Below, piece after piece: positions 41,359 through 53,419 of a stretch of DNA of 64,000 bases. A program made the position numbers and the translations under genes. Numbering within the stretch: position 1 is the stretch's first letter; the number at the start of each line of letters is the position of its first letter. The notes below the pieces were generated by a model. That model was given only the letters and a program-made list of their open reading frames with translations. It did not search any database and was not told where the DNA came from. The DNA lies in the NCBI GenBank assembly GCA_964016885.1, contig OZ024740.1:35960001-36024000 (forward strand). Reading direction: 5' to 3'. The stretch is from Eledone cirrhosa. Taxonomy: Eukaryota.

Positions 41359-41639
41359 CCTGATTAGAATATATTGTGGACTGTCTGGTCATAATCGAGA
41401 TATTTCTGCTTTATGTATGGTTTTATCCCAACACAATAACTTCAAAATAAAATGTTTTATCTGTGTCATTGGTTAAATAATGTATCATTCAGAGTCAGTG
41501 ATAACTTTTTTAGGAAGTGAGCCATACTATGTATTTTTAACACGAACGATATAGCAGAAAGATTATAATTTTTAATTAATTATAGTATACAATACGATCT
41601 TCCCGTATTATGTAATATAAATCACGATCTTCTCGTTCG

Positions 41640-41960
41640 GCGGCGGTAAATCTTTTATCTGGGACACAACATGCAGAAACCTGATACATTTGGTGACTGA
41701 CTCAGACTTCGTTGCCCGACAAATCGAAGAGCGCAAGCTATCAAAATATTAGCTGATAGGTTTATCCCAGATAGGTTTGTCATCGAACCTGTAGCAATGG
41801 AGACTTCCGGTTTTCTTGGTCTCCGGACAACCTCTTTACTCTCACTACCATCGGGTGGAGTTGGCCACTAACAGGAGTGAGATCTACGTGTTGGAATGGC
41901 TATTCTAACGCGTCCTATTCGCCTTCCTCTGGGGAAACACTTTCTCCATTCTGTATGTCA
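41640..41960 (+). mobile_element. CRE-like 3' remnant, highly degenerate
   Basis: IWDTT, EERKLSKY, EPVAMETSG, GN motifs. Confidence 0.55.
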
Positions 41961-42379
41961 ACTGAGACCACGGGTCGGCGAATGTCTGGAGTCCTGCATA
42001 TCAAAGGATGCTCCTGTCCCACTGACACCGTCCGGCCCGTATCGTGTGAGTATTGATATTTGAGCACATTTTTGGGAGTCAAGGCGACTGTGAGGACACA
42101 TTAGTAAACAATTGATAAGAGTACAGTTTCACCTGCTTTGTTATATATTTTTATTTTCATATTATTGTTTTAGATATTTATTAGAACATTGTTACTAAGT
42201 AGATGGTATTTCTTATATGTTAATAAGGAGTGGTCATATAGAATGTCTCTCCTGAAATTAGATATCCCTTAAATACTAGAATTAAGAATTCCAGCTGGTT
42301 ATTCAACCATTGAATGTAAGCTAGTCTCTAAAGTTAAACATCTATTCATCGCCCGATTTAATATCACCACTTACATATG

Positions 42380-42920
42380 GTAGGTAGCCTTTGTAGAATT
42401 TGCTGTCCAGTTTAATATAATCACTTATCCTATGGTAGCCTTTATGGAATCTATTACCTGGTCATCCAGTTTAATATCACCGTTTAGACACTGGAAGCTT
42501 TTATGGAATCTGTTGTCCGGTTTAATGTCACCATTTAGACCATGGTAGCTTTTGTGGAATCTGTTTCCGGTTTGATGTCACCGTTTAGACACTGGAAGCT
42601 TTATGGAATCTGTTGTCCGGTTTAATGTCACCATTTAGACCATGGTAGCTTTTTTGAAATCTGTTGTCCGGTTTGATGTCACCATTTAGACCATGGTAGC
42701 TTTTGTGGAATCTGTTGTCCGGTTTGATGTCACCATTTAGACCATGGTAGCTTTTTTGAAATCTGTTGTCCGGTTTGATGTCACCATTTAGACCATGGTA
42801 GCTTTTGTGGAATCTGTTTCCGGTTTGATGTCACCATTTAGATCATGGTAGCTTTTGTGGAATCTGTTTCCGGTTTGATGTCACCATTTAGATCATAGTA
42901 GCTTTTGTGGAATCTGTTGT
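42380..42920. repeat. ~50-bp minisatellite, ~10 copies
   Basis: GTTTGATGTCACCATTTAGACCATGGTAGCTTTTGTGGAATCTGTTGTCCG. Confidence 0.92.
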
Positions 42921-43017
42921 TGCTGGCATTCAGAGCAGGTCTCCAATTCATTCATTTCTTTCTCGTAATCTGAAGATCTCACAAAAGTATCAAGAACACT
43001 ATCAATCCTTGTAGGAT

Positions 43018-43235
43018 AATTATTTTCTAATTTAGGCACACCCAGGAATATGGGGTCAAGGGAAAGTCGATTATATCGACCCCAGGACTTGACTGGCACT
43101 TTATTTTAAGGACCTAGGAAGGATGAAAAGCAAACTTTACCTCGACAGGATTTGAACTCAGAATACAAAAGACCGTAACTGATAAACGAAAAGCATTTTA
43201 TGCGCCTTTCTAACGCGTCAGCCAACTCGTCACCC
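43018..43235 (-). mobile_element. SINE family 1, diverged
   Basis: matches consensus. Confidence 0.7.
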
Positions 43236-43236
<1 letters not shown>

Positions 43237-43299
<63 letters not shown>

Positions 43300-43335
43300 T
43301 GTAGTAGTAGTAATAGTTGTAGTAGTAGTAGTAAT
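43237..43335. repeat. (TAG)n microsatellite at the Tx1 3' end
   Basis: direct reading. Confidence 0.95.
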
Positions 43336-43343
43336 TATAATGA

Positions 43344-46300
43344 TTTCATTTATTGGCCACAAGGGCCGACATATAGGGGACAATACAAAAGACTGGGACA
43401 GTGGGGTTTTACAAAAAAATCGAGTAAACAATATGAATAAACAAAGTAACAATAACAAAGTAACAATAAAGTAACAAGAACATTACAACAAGAAAACATT
43501 CCCCAATAGGTTCGCCCAGGTACCCCACCAGTCCTGAACGACCCGACGCTTCGAGAGAACCCTGGAAGGGCACCCCTCTCCTCTTCAAATTTACCTACCT
43601 ACAGCCGCATGACCAGAGTAGGTCCACTCACACGGGCCATTCTCGCCACATTCACCCACCTTTCAGCAAATGTACTGGGGGGAAGCACTTCTCTCTCCAC
43701 CCTCACCTTCCTTTCCAAATGAAACTTGAAAAAGTTGATGAGGGATTGGCCGAAGAGAAAAGTGTCTGTCTTCAGTCCTTTCAACCTCGTCCACCATACA
43801 ACCTCTTTCGCTACTGCCACCAGACAGAGGAAAATTGCCTGCCCTTCCTGGCCAAAAGAAGGCGGCGGGTCTATCTTCACTATGGACTCGGCCGATAGCC
43901 GGATCCGTTCTACACGCGACAACAGCTGTTCAACATAACTCCACAAGTCAGTAATGCACGGACACTGGACGAGTGCGTGCAGAACGGTTTCGTCACTCTG
44001 CGCGCATCTCGGGCAGGTCCGTCTGACAGCACTTCCGTGCCTGTAGAGTTTATCTCGAACCGGTAGTGCCCCCCGGTAGCACTGCCAAGCGAGGGTTTTT
44101 TGGAAATTATCCATCGTCCCCGGCTCGAAAGTCCTCCGGTACAGACTGGTTAGTTCGACTTCGTTGACTCCCAGAGCCTCTCCGAGTGCGTCGTCGCACT
44201 TGCCCACCACTAATCCTCTATAGAACTCGAGAGTGGAAGTTCCACTGACCGCATTGCCCGCCTGCTAGAGGAGAGTGAGTGCCTGGCAACATTCCAGATG
44301 CCAGTCACCCAGTCTCGGTCTCTTCTTGACCCAGGACTGCAACTCAGTCAAAGAAACGAGCTGCGGAAAGGCCCGTCTGACAAAGGGCGACCACACCTGT
44401 TCACCGTTTAGGCAGAATATCTGGAGATGCCGCAGCCTCAGCGCGTGCCTGCGCATCATTAGCCACGGCATGCCCAGCCATCCACGTAGAGGGTACTGGC
44501 AGCAGATGGACCGCCTCACCAGCGGAACCTAACCCCTCCACAAGAATTTGAAGAGGAGCCGCTCCAAGATGGCGAGGCGCGAACGGGGGCAAGGGACGAC
44601 AGGCAGACGGTAGTAGATGACGGACGCGATGTACCCGTTCGCCACCTCAGCCCGACCTTTCAGTGATAGCTTCATCCCAGCCCATTGCTGGGTGAGACTG
44701 ACTACCCTGCCCGTCACCTCGTCCCAATTCTTATCCACCTGGAGGTCTGGCCCGAACCAAACCCCTAGCAACTTTACCGGTCCGTCCGTCCAGCGCCTTA
44801 CGACGCTGTTGGACGGCATGGACTTGCCTCTCCAGGTGCCGAGTTGCAAGCCCACTGACTTTTCCGGGTTAAGTTTTGCTCCCGTCAACCTTTCATATTC
44901 CTCCAATAAGTTGACGACCACCTCGATTTCTGAGGTGTTCGACACCATCATGGTGATGTCGTCCGCATAAGCCGACACAGCCCTTCCGCGTCCCGGTTCG
45001 AGCGGGATGCCCTGTAACAGCTCCAACTTCCGCAGTGAAGGCTCGAGAGTCAATACGTACAGAAGGGAGGAGAGAGGGCACCCTTGACGGACCGATCGGG
45101 AGACCTGAAACGGTTCCGAGAGGTGGCCATTAATTTTGACCATCGAGCAGGTGCAGCTGTGCATTGCAGCGATCCAGCTTCTGAAGACGGGGCCGAAGCC
45201 AGCCGCCTTGAGGACAGCCTCCAGGTACCGATGGTCGACTCTATCGAATGCTTTCGATTGATCTAAATTGATCAGAGCCCCACCGAAGCCAGGTTTACAC
45301 CCTACCCTCTCTATGATGTATCGCATTAGGTGGAGGTTGTCGTGTATGGACCTGGTTGGGATTGCGCAAGTTTGCGCCTCCCCAACCAAATCCCCGACGA
45401 CAAGCGCCAACCTCTTCGCTAACACCCTGGCCAAAATCTTAAACTCTGTGTTGAGCAGAGTTATGGGCCTGAAATTGTCTAATGTGTCCCTCTTGTTCTC
45501 GTCTTTCCTTATCAGCGTCACTACGCCCCGGCTCACAGAACTGGGAATACTCCCGTTTTGCTGCCAGTTGCAGTAGAGCGCTTCGAGGAGATTGGAGAAC
45601 AAGTCTGGCATATTTACGTAAAGCTCGTAGGGCAGACCATCCAAACTGGGTGACTTGCGCCTCATACAGCCGACAAGGGCATCCTGAATCACGGCTGAAG
45701 TAATTGGCCTTTCGCAGCGCCCAGCGTCAGCCGTCGAGAGTTGCGGCAAGCCATCGAGGTAAGGACTGAAGTCGCCACCATCTCTGACCCGCCACTTCCC
45801 CCGAACAACCGAGCAAAATGTTGGCGAAAGGCCTCACACATCCTCTTGGAATCGTTCAGCTCGAGACCGTCTCGATCCGTCAAAGACCGAATCGTGGTTT
45901 TATTACCACGCTGCGCCTCTGCCGGGCGGACCCTTCGAACACCTTTGGTTCCCTTGTTTCTCAGAGCACGCGCCTTAGCTCTGACAATGCAACCTTCGTG
46001 TTTCGCATTGAAGAAATGGTCTAATGCCATTCTCGCCGCTAGCACATCAGTTGCAATGCCACTACCAATAGCCTCGTCTAACTTATCTACCAACTCTCCC
46101 TCCTTTCTATTTTTCTCTAATGCTACTTCTTTGCTAAACTCTATCGACATTACTCTAATCTCTCTTTTGAGAGCCCCCCACGATCTATTGTTGACGACTC
46201 CCCCTGTCAACTTTTTCTTAACTAAATTGTTGACCTGGTACCTGTAAGCCTTACGTGCCGGAAATGACATGTTTAGCTTCCAGTAACCAGGTCCTAACCT

Positions 46301-49190
46301 ACGCGTCTTATCTAGGTCGACCATACAGATCACAAACTTGTAATCTGAATAGGCGACCGTTTCAAAACGTGGACAGCTTACACTATTTCTGTCTATTTTC
46401 CTAATGAATATCTTGTCTATATACGATCTAGATGACCCTATGCGGTTAGCCCAGGTCCACACTGGCGCATTAGGGAAATCTAGTCGGTACCTGTCAGACA
46501 GTTGGAACTGGCTGATCAGGTTCTTGAGGCTTTTGCACCCCACGCTCCTATCGGATACTCCCACACAGCCCCAGCGTGCGTCTAAGATGCCGTTCCAGTC
46601 CCCCGCTAACAGTAAAGGGCGAGACGTACCCAGAAAGGCTTCCAGGCGTCTAAAGAAGTCCGGCTGTCCTGCCCCAGTAGGAGCATAGACGGCCACCAGT
46701 CTAAAGGCACCACCTTCGTTATTGTTCACGTCCAGGACCACCAACTTCCCGTCCGGATCCCGGAAGATCGACCTTACCTCGAGGTCCAGGCCTTTCCTAA
46801 ACAGCACTGCCACCCCGCCTCCCATTCCCGGCTGGCTAACAGATGCAAAGATCTGATAGTCGTCGAAAATGGGGACTAGTGCGCGCGTGTCGGAAATCCT
46901 GGTCTCGCTGACTGCAATTACATCCATTTCTATAGACCTGAGGTCGTTGAGCAGGTGACCCTGCTTCCAGGACGATCCCAGGTCTCGAACATTTAAACAT
47001 CCTACTCTTAATACGGCCACGTTGGCAGGTTAAACAGAGAGAGAGGTTTACTTACCTTCCGGGCTCTTGTGAAGGTCGGGTTGTTCGACCTCCATAGTTA
47101 GTGGGATTTCTTTTGGGACCTCTTTAAAAGTCTTGAAGTGGGTTTTACGTTCGGGGTTCCCACGTCCCGAGGAAAGCTGTCTCGTATTTCTTTGAATATG
47201 TCGAGCGACATTCGCACCAGAAATGTGCTCGATTTAAAAATTTCCCCCTCTTTTTGTATATTTTCACTTCGTGCTACGAGGGCCATCAGTTCCTTGTTGG
47301 CCCTCCTGACGAGCACGAAGTTTTATATGTTTTGTTGGTGTGATTTTATTTGTTTTCGTGGCTGTGGTGGTGATGGTTTTGGTGGTGTTGTTTCAGTTGT
47401 ATCTGTGTTTGTTGTGAGAGCGGTGTCTGTGGTTTCAGATGTTTGTGTGTATATTTGTTGTTGCGTCTGTTTCGGTTGTTTGTGCTTGGGGAATTCTGGT
47501 GATGGTGATGGTGGTGTTGATGTTGGTGTTATTGGAGAGATGTTTGCGTGGGTGGTGTCTGCGTTTTTTATTATGCTTGCTTTTGTGCTTTGTTGAGTTT
47601 TTTTTTCTTTTTGTGTTTCCTTTTTTGTATTTTGGGGGATTTTGAATTTCCCTCATTTTCACTACTGGTAGATGAGGGGTCTGTGTCTGTATGTGTGTCT
47701 GTATGTATGCTTATGGTTTTATTGGTGTGTGTATTATTATTTTTTTTTTGGGGGGGGGGGGATTTGACAGCTTTCCTCGTTTCCCCCCTGGGTTGTCAAT
47801 GTTGGTGGTGGTCTTTCTATTGGTGTTGTTGTTGGTGGTGGTTTTGCCGGTGCTGGTGTTGGTTGTGGTCCTCGCCCCGGCGTCGGCAGCAGTGGAGCCT
47901 TTCGACCCCTTGCCTCTTTCAGCAGTTGAGGGCAGAATGCTCGCAAATGGGTATTTTCCCCACAAACAAAACACTGCGGCCGTCCATTCTGAAGGCGCAC
48001 GTGGTCCGGGATTGTCTTCACATTTTCGGGCCTGATCTAGAGAAGGATCTCCAGGTCAACCCCGGATCAGTCCTCTCTGGTCGTTCTGGTCACTTCTATA
48101 GGGACGGTATCCGTCCCCTCCACAATCACACATCCCAGAAGCCATCTCATGTCAAGTCCTGGTGGGATTCTGGGAATGCGGAGACGGGCCGTTCTTTTTC
48201 CCATGTGGGAGGGGTACATTATGACCTTGCTGGTTTTGCAAGGAGTCATAGCGTGTTTCATAGCGAGGGCTTCTGACTTGAACAACACCGAAATGGTGCC
48301 GTACTGTCTGCCCCTCTCTATGTATTCGGTGTCTTCTCTGATGCACCTCAGCGCGACTTCGATATCTGCTTGTGGGATTAAAGCTGCCCTTTTGGTTTGT
48401 GCTGAGGTGCATCTATAATGCACCGTTCTGCGCCCACTGCTTCAATAGCTTCTACCGGGACAGTTAAGTTGGCCCAGGTTTGCTCTTGCTTGATGAGCTT
48501 CCATGCCTGGGCCAACTTTTCATCTTTGTTTGAGAGGTCCATGTTGAATCATGGCTTCTTTTTTGCTGCTGGCGCAGCGAAAGTGTTCTTCTTGTTTTCG
48601 TTGGGGGTGTTGTTATCGTTGTTCTTGTTGGTGTTGTTGTTAGCACTGTCGCTGTTATCATTGTTGTCTTTGTTGCCAACGTTGTTCTCGGTGCAGTTGG
48701 TATTGTTGCTGTTGGTGTTGTCGCTATTTGTTTTCATGTTGGTGGTGTTGATATTGTTGTTGTATTTGTTATTTTTTTTTTGTTATCTGTATTTTCGTTG
48801 TCGCTGTTACTGTCATTTTTTTCAAAATTAGAGTTCTCATTGGTATCATTGGTGTCTTTGTTTACATTGTTTGTGGTGGTGTTTGTGTTATCAATTTGTG
48901 TTAATTTCGCTGTAGCGATCCTCTCAACTTCCACGTCGTTGTCGCACGACAGCAAACATATCGCTGGGGGGCGTGGCTCAGCCATGTTTTTTTTCTCCGT
49001 AAATGTTTTAACATGTAAAAAAAATTCAAATATTTGGGCCAAAAGGCCCAAATATTATACTTTCCCCTTCACAGGGCAAAGTCTAAGGGCTTATATCCCT
49101 TACACAACGAGAAATATTTAACAACAAATAATTGTAACAGGCAAATAAAGCGACTTACTGGGAGCGAGCAAAATACGTCCGCTTAGACCA
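43344..49190 (-). mobile_element. Full-length Tx1/L1-clade LINE (~5.85 kb), mildly decayed
   Basis: 5' UTR; ORF1 ~48985-47050 with CCHC knuckle RPQCFVCGENTHLRAFC; ORF2 47020-43599 with APE (GCLNVR, SETR, VYAP, GDWN), RT (AYADD) and zinc finger; AATAAA and tail. Confidence 0.95.
43599..47020 (-). pseudogene. Tx1 ORF2 (APE-RT-ZnF), broken by a frameshift near 45740 and stops near 44530 and 44265
   Basis: ORF-track segments 45689-47020, 44529-45749, 44265-44519, 43599-44210. Confidence 0.9.
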
Positions 49191-49213
49191 ATAATAATAA
49201 TAATAATAATAAT

Positions 49214-52200
49214 GCTTTCTTTATTAACCACAATGGTTTACACAAAGTAGACATTAAGGACAAACGGGCATTTCTGCGTGTAAAAAACAACAAAAAAACA
49301 GAGGATGTAATAAAAGAACAATGAAAAATTACCCAATATAGGGGGGGGGGGGGACTTCCGAGGGCCATCGTGGAGAAAGCCCATTAAAAAAAGCCACGGC
49401 GACCCTGACAACCAGGGCAAATATCCTCTCCCAGTTTTCCACCTACAATTTACAGGCATATACTCAGAGTAGGTCCATTCACTCGGGCCATTCTTGCCTC
49501 TCTCACCCATCTTTCAATAAAATGCTGGGAAGAGAGCACCTCCCTCTCTACCATGATTTTCCTTTTCAAATGAAATTGGAAAAAGTTAATCAGGGCATCA
49601 CCGAAGAGGTAAGTGCTCGTCTTCAGTCCTTTCAGACGCGTCCACCATACTATCTCTTTCACCATGGCCACCAGACAGATAAAAGCTGCCTGCCCTTCCC
49701 GGCTAAAGGAAGAGGGCGGGGCAATCATCACGATGGACTCAGCTGATAGTCGGATCCGTTCTACACGCGACAGCAGGTGTTCGACATAAACCCACAAGTC
49801 AGCAATGCTCGGACACTGGACGAGTGCATGCAGGACGGTTTCGTCGCCCTGCGCGCATCTCGGACATTCCAGGCTGACGGCACCTCCATGCCTGTAGAGT
49901 TTATCCCGAACTGGCAAAGCTCCTCGGTAGCACTGCCAGGCCAGGGATTTCTGGAAGTTGTCCATAGGCCCCGACCCGAAAGTTCTTCCAAAGAAATTGG
50001 CTAGTTGATTTTCGTCGACGCCTAGAGTTTCCCCAAGTACGTCGTCGCTCTTCCCCTCCACTAATCCTCTATAGAACGCCAAGGTGGAGTTTCCACCGAT
50101 CACATTGCCCGATTGGTCGAGGGCTATGAGCGCCTGAAGACATTCCAGTCTCCAAGCGCTCCCTCTCGGTCTTCGCTTGACCAAGGACTGCAGCTCCGTC
50201 AAGGAGATGAGCTGGGGAAAGACGCGTCTAGCAAACGGCGACCACACCTGATCACCGTCGTGGGAGAGGTGGAGATGTCGTAGTCTGAGCGCGTGTCTGC
50301 GCATCATCAGCCACGGCATGCCCAGCCCTCCATGTAGCGGGTGTTGACAGAAGATGGACCGCCTGACCACCGGAGCGCGTCTCTTCCACAAAAAGCGAAA
50401 GAGCAAACGCTCCAGCGCAGTCAGGCGAGGCTTAGGACAAGGCACGACGGTCAGGCGGTAGTAGATGACGGACGCGATGTACGCGTTCGCCACCTCCCCT
50501 TGACTTTTCAGGGGTAGCTTCTTCTCTGCCCATTTCTGGGGGAGAGAAGCCACCCTGCTCGTCACCTCGTCTCAGATTTTGTCCGTCTGGAGGTCCGGAC
50601 CGAACCAGACCCCTAGCAATTTAACCAGTCTGTCCGTCCAGCGCCCGACGACGCTGTTGGACGGCATGGACCTGCCTCTCCAGGTGCCGAGCTGCAGTCC
50701 CACCGACTTTTCCTGGTTGATCATTGCTCCTGTCGCCGCTTCGTATTCTCTTAGTGTAATGCCGATCGCCTCGATGTGATTGGCGTTCGACACCACTACG
50801 GTCACATCGTCCGCATATGCTGACACGGATCTTCCGCATCCTAGTTCGCGCGGGATCACCCTCAACGTCTCCAGTTTGTGCAGTAGTGGCTCGAGAGTCA
50901 ATACGTACAAGAGGGACGAGAGGGGCATCCTTGGCGGACCGAGCGCATGATGTTGAACGGTTCCGAAAGGTGACCATTCACTCTCACCACAGAGCAGATG
51001 TCGCTGTGCATGGCAGTGACCCTGCCTCTGAAGACGGGCCCAAAGCCAGCTGCCCTCAGGACTGCCGCCAGATAACGATGGTCGACCCTATCAAGGACCC
51101 ACCCGTGCCAGGTTCCCTAATTACCCTCTCCACGATGTATCGCATGAGGAGGAGGTTGTCGTGGATGGATCTGTCGGCAATGGCGCATGTGTGCGCCTCT
51201 CCCACCAGACCACCAACGACAAGCGCCAACCTCTTTGTAGCACCTTGGACAAAATCTTGAACTCTGTGTTTAGCAGAGTTATGGGCCTGAAATTATCTGT
51301 TATCCCCCTTGTTCGGATGCTTTCTCAGCAGCACCACAGCTCCTCGGCTCACAGAGCTGGGAATTCTCCCGTACTGTTACCAGTCTGGCATGTGTACGTA
51401 AAGTTCGTAGGGCAGACCATCCAAACCAGGCGATTTACCCCTTGTGCAGCCAGTCATTGCCTCCCGTACTTCAGCGGCTTTTATCGGCTTTTCGCAACAC
51501 TCCGCCTCAGTGACCGAGAGCCGCAGCAGTCCGTTGAGGTAGGCACTAAAGTCCATCCCTCGATTCGGCTCGCCACTGCCCCCGAACAGCTGGGCGAAGT
51601 GTCGCTGAAAAGCTTAACATATTTGCCCGGGATCGAGTAGCATGCGCCCGTCGTGGTCCACCAAAGACCGGATCGTGGCTTTGTTGCCACGACGCGCCTC
51701 CGCCACTCGGGCCCATTGAACAGCTTTCATCCCCTCGTGTCTGAGAACACTCACCCTAGCTCTGACAACGCAGCCTTCGTGCTTTGCATTGAAGAATTGG
51801 TTGAGGGCCAATTTCGCCGCAAGCACGTCGGTCGCGCTGCCTTTACTAAGCGCCTCGTCTAATTTTCTAACTAGTTCTCCCTCTGCTCTATTTTTCTCTA
51901 TTGCTAACGCCTTACTAAACCTAATGGACTCTATTCTAATCGCTCTTTTCAGAGCAAATCACCATTTGTTGTTGACGATGGCCCCCGTCAGCGCCCGCTT
52001 AACTAGTTCGCTGATCCGGTCCCTGTAGGCCTTGCGTGCTGTTAACGACGCGTTTAACTTCCAGTAGTCGGGTCCTTGTCTATGAAGCCTATCTAAGTCA
52101 ACCTCACAGATCACGAATTTGTGGTCCGTGTACTCGACTATTTCGAATTGTGTACAGCCTATGCTAGACCTATCTATTTCCCTACAAAATACTCTATCTA

Positions 52201-52230
52201 GATACAATCTGGATGACCCGATTCGGTTAG
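49214..52230 (-). mobile_element. Tx1/L1-clade LINE, 5'-truncated, same subfamily as 13640-16797
   Basis: high identity to 13640-16797 by eye; AYADD; several small deletions. Confidence 0.92.
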
Positions 52231-52639
52231 GGTTACGGTTAGCGTTACGGTTAGTGTAAGCCTATCGTTCAAGCGTTGACTAAAAACTATCTCTTCGCCA
52301 TCTTTTTTCTCCCCTCACACACTCTGTCTGCCTGTCTGACTATCTTTCTCTCTCTCTCTCTCCCTCTCCCTCTCTCTCTCTCCCCCTCTCTCTTTCTCTC
52401 TCTATTTTTTTTAGGATCCCTGCGACTGAAGTCTATTTCTCGTCGTATTTGTGTGGAATGAATATGTAAACGATAGTGAAAGAACAGCTTACAAGATATT
52501 TTTCTCAACATGGTTAATGGAGTTTTCGAGTATGGTAAAAGGTTCCAAGAATTCACAGAGTAATTTAGTATAAAGTATTATATTAGGAAAAACAGGCAAG
52601 GAGTGAAGAAAAATCTAAAGAGAAATTAATTTGATCAAA

Positions 52640-52756
52640 TAATCTAACACGCGTTTCATTACCGATTATATAATCATCTACGAGGGCTGTATAGGAATAT
52701 TTTTTTCTATTCACTCATTCTCATTATGTCCACATTCGGAAAATCTTCAGAGATTA
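52640..52756 (-). ncRNA. Hammerhead-like motif with extended stem II (Penelope-type)
   Basis: minus strand UAAUCU-CUGAAGA-[..CCGA..~85 nt..UCGG..]-GAAAC-GCGU-GUU-AGAUUA; stem I 6 bp. Confidence 0.55.
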
Positions 52757-53419
52757 ATGAAATAATAAATAAATAATTTTTGAGGTATGTTTGTGTGGAA
52801 AGGGAAGGAGGAGGAAGTAAAGTAGATAGTAACCAATGGGCTTCAAGTATTCATAATATAGCTAGAATGCCATTGGCTGAGAGGAATTTATTCTATAGAT
52901 CAAAGAGGACTATTTTAGAAAATGGATTGGCTGTTGACATGAAAAGAAGCCAGACGTGAAAATCATTTGGTTTTAGCTGTTTGATTGTTTTATGGGTTAA
53001 GATGAGAAGTGACCATTAGAGATAAAAAGGAATTTTCGTGATCGTAAGATTGAAATACTATATTTGGCGCCAGTCTTCTTTGTCATAAAAGCAGTCATAG
53101 GAAAATGTATTTAGAGTTGTGAGATCAAATCATAGGTTAGCTTGGACTATATCTAGAGAACGTTTTTAGGTATTTATGTTTACAATTAAATATTGTAGCT
53201 GTGTGGAAATATCATCAATATAACATCAAATATAGCAAAATCCTGCTGTTCTTACATCGTAGGTTATGTAGTTGATGTTGTTATAAAGTACACTGAGTTT
53301 CAAAAATTCATTGAAAATCATAGGGGAGGGAAGATTCTCTGAGCGGAGTTTGAGCGGGACTTTGCTGTTGGACAGTTCCATTTTGCAGTGTTATGAATAA
53401 AGGAATAATAATGAGCATT

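Noticed and set aside
44617-46688. Plus-strand ORFs overlapping Tx1 ORF2 (also 15080-16701, 50817-52028)
   Set aside because: Antisense shadows of GC-richer coding sequence; no recognisable motifs.
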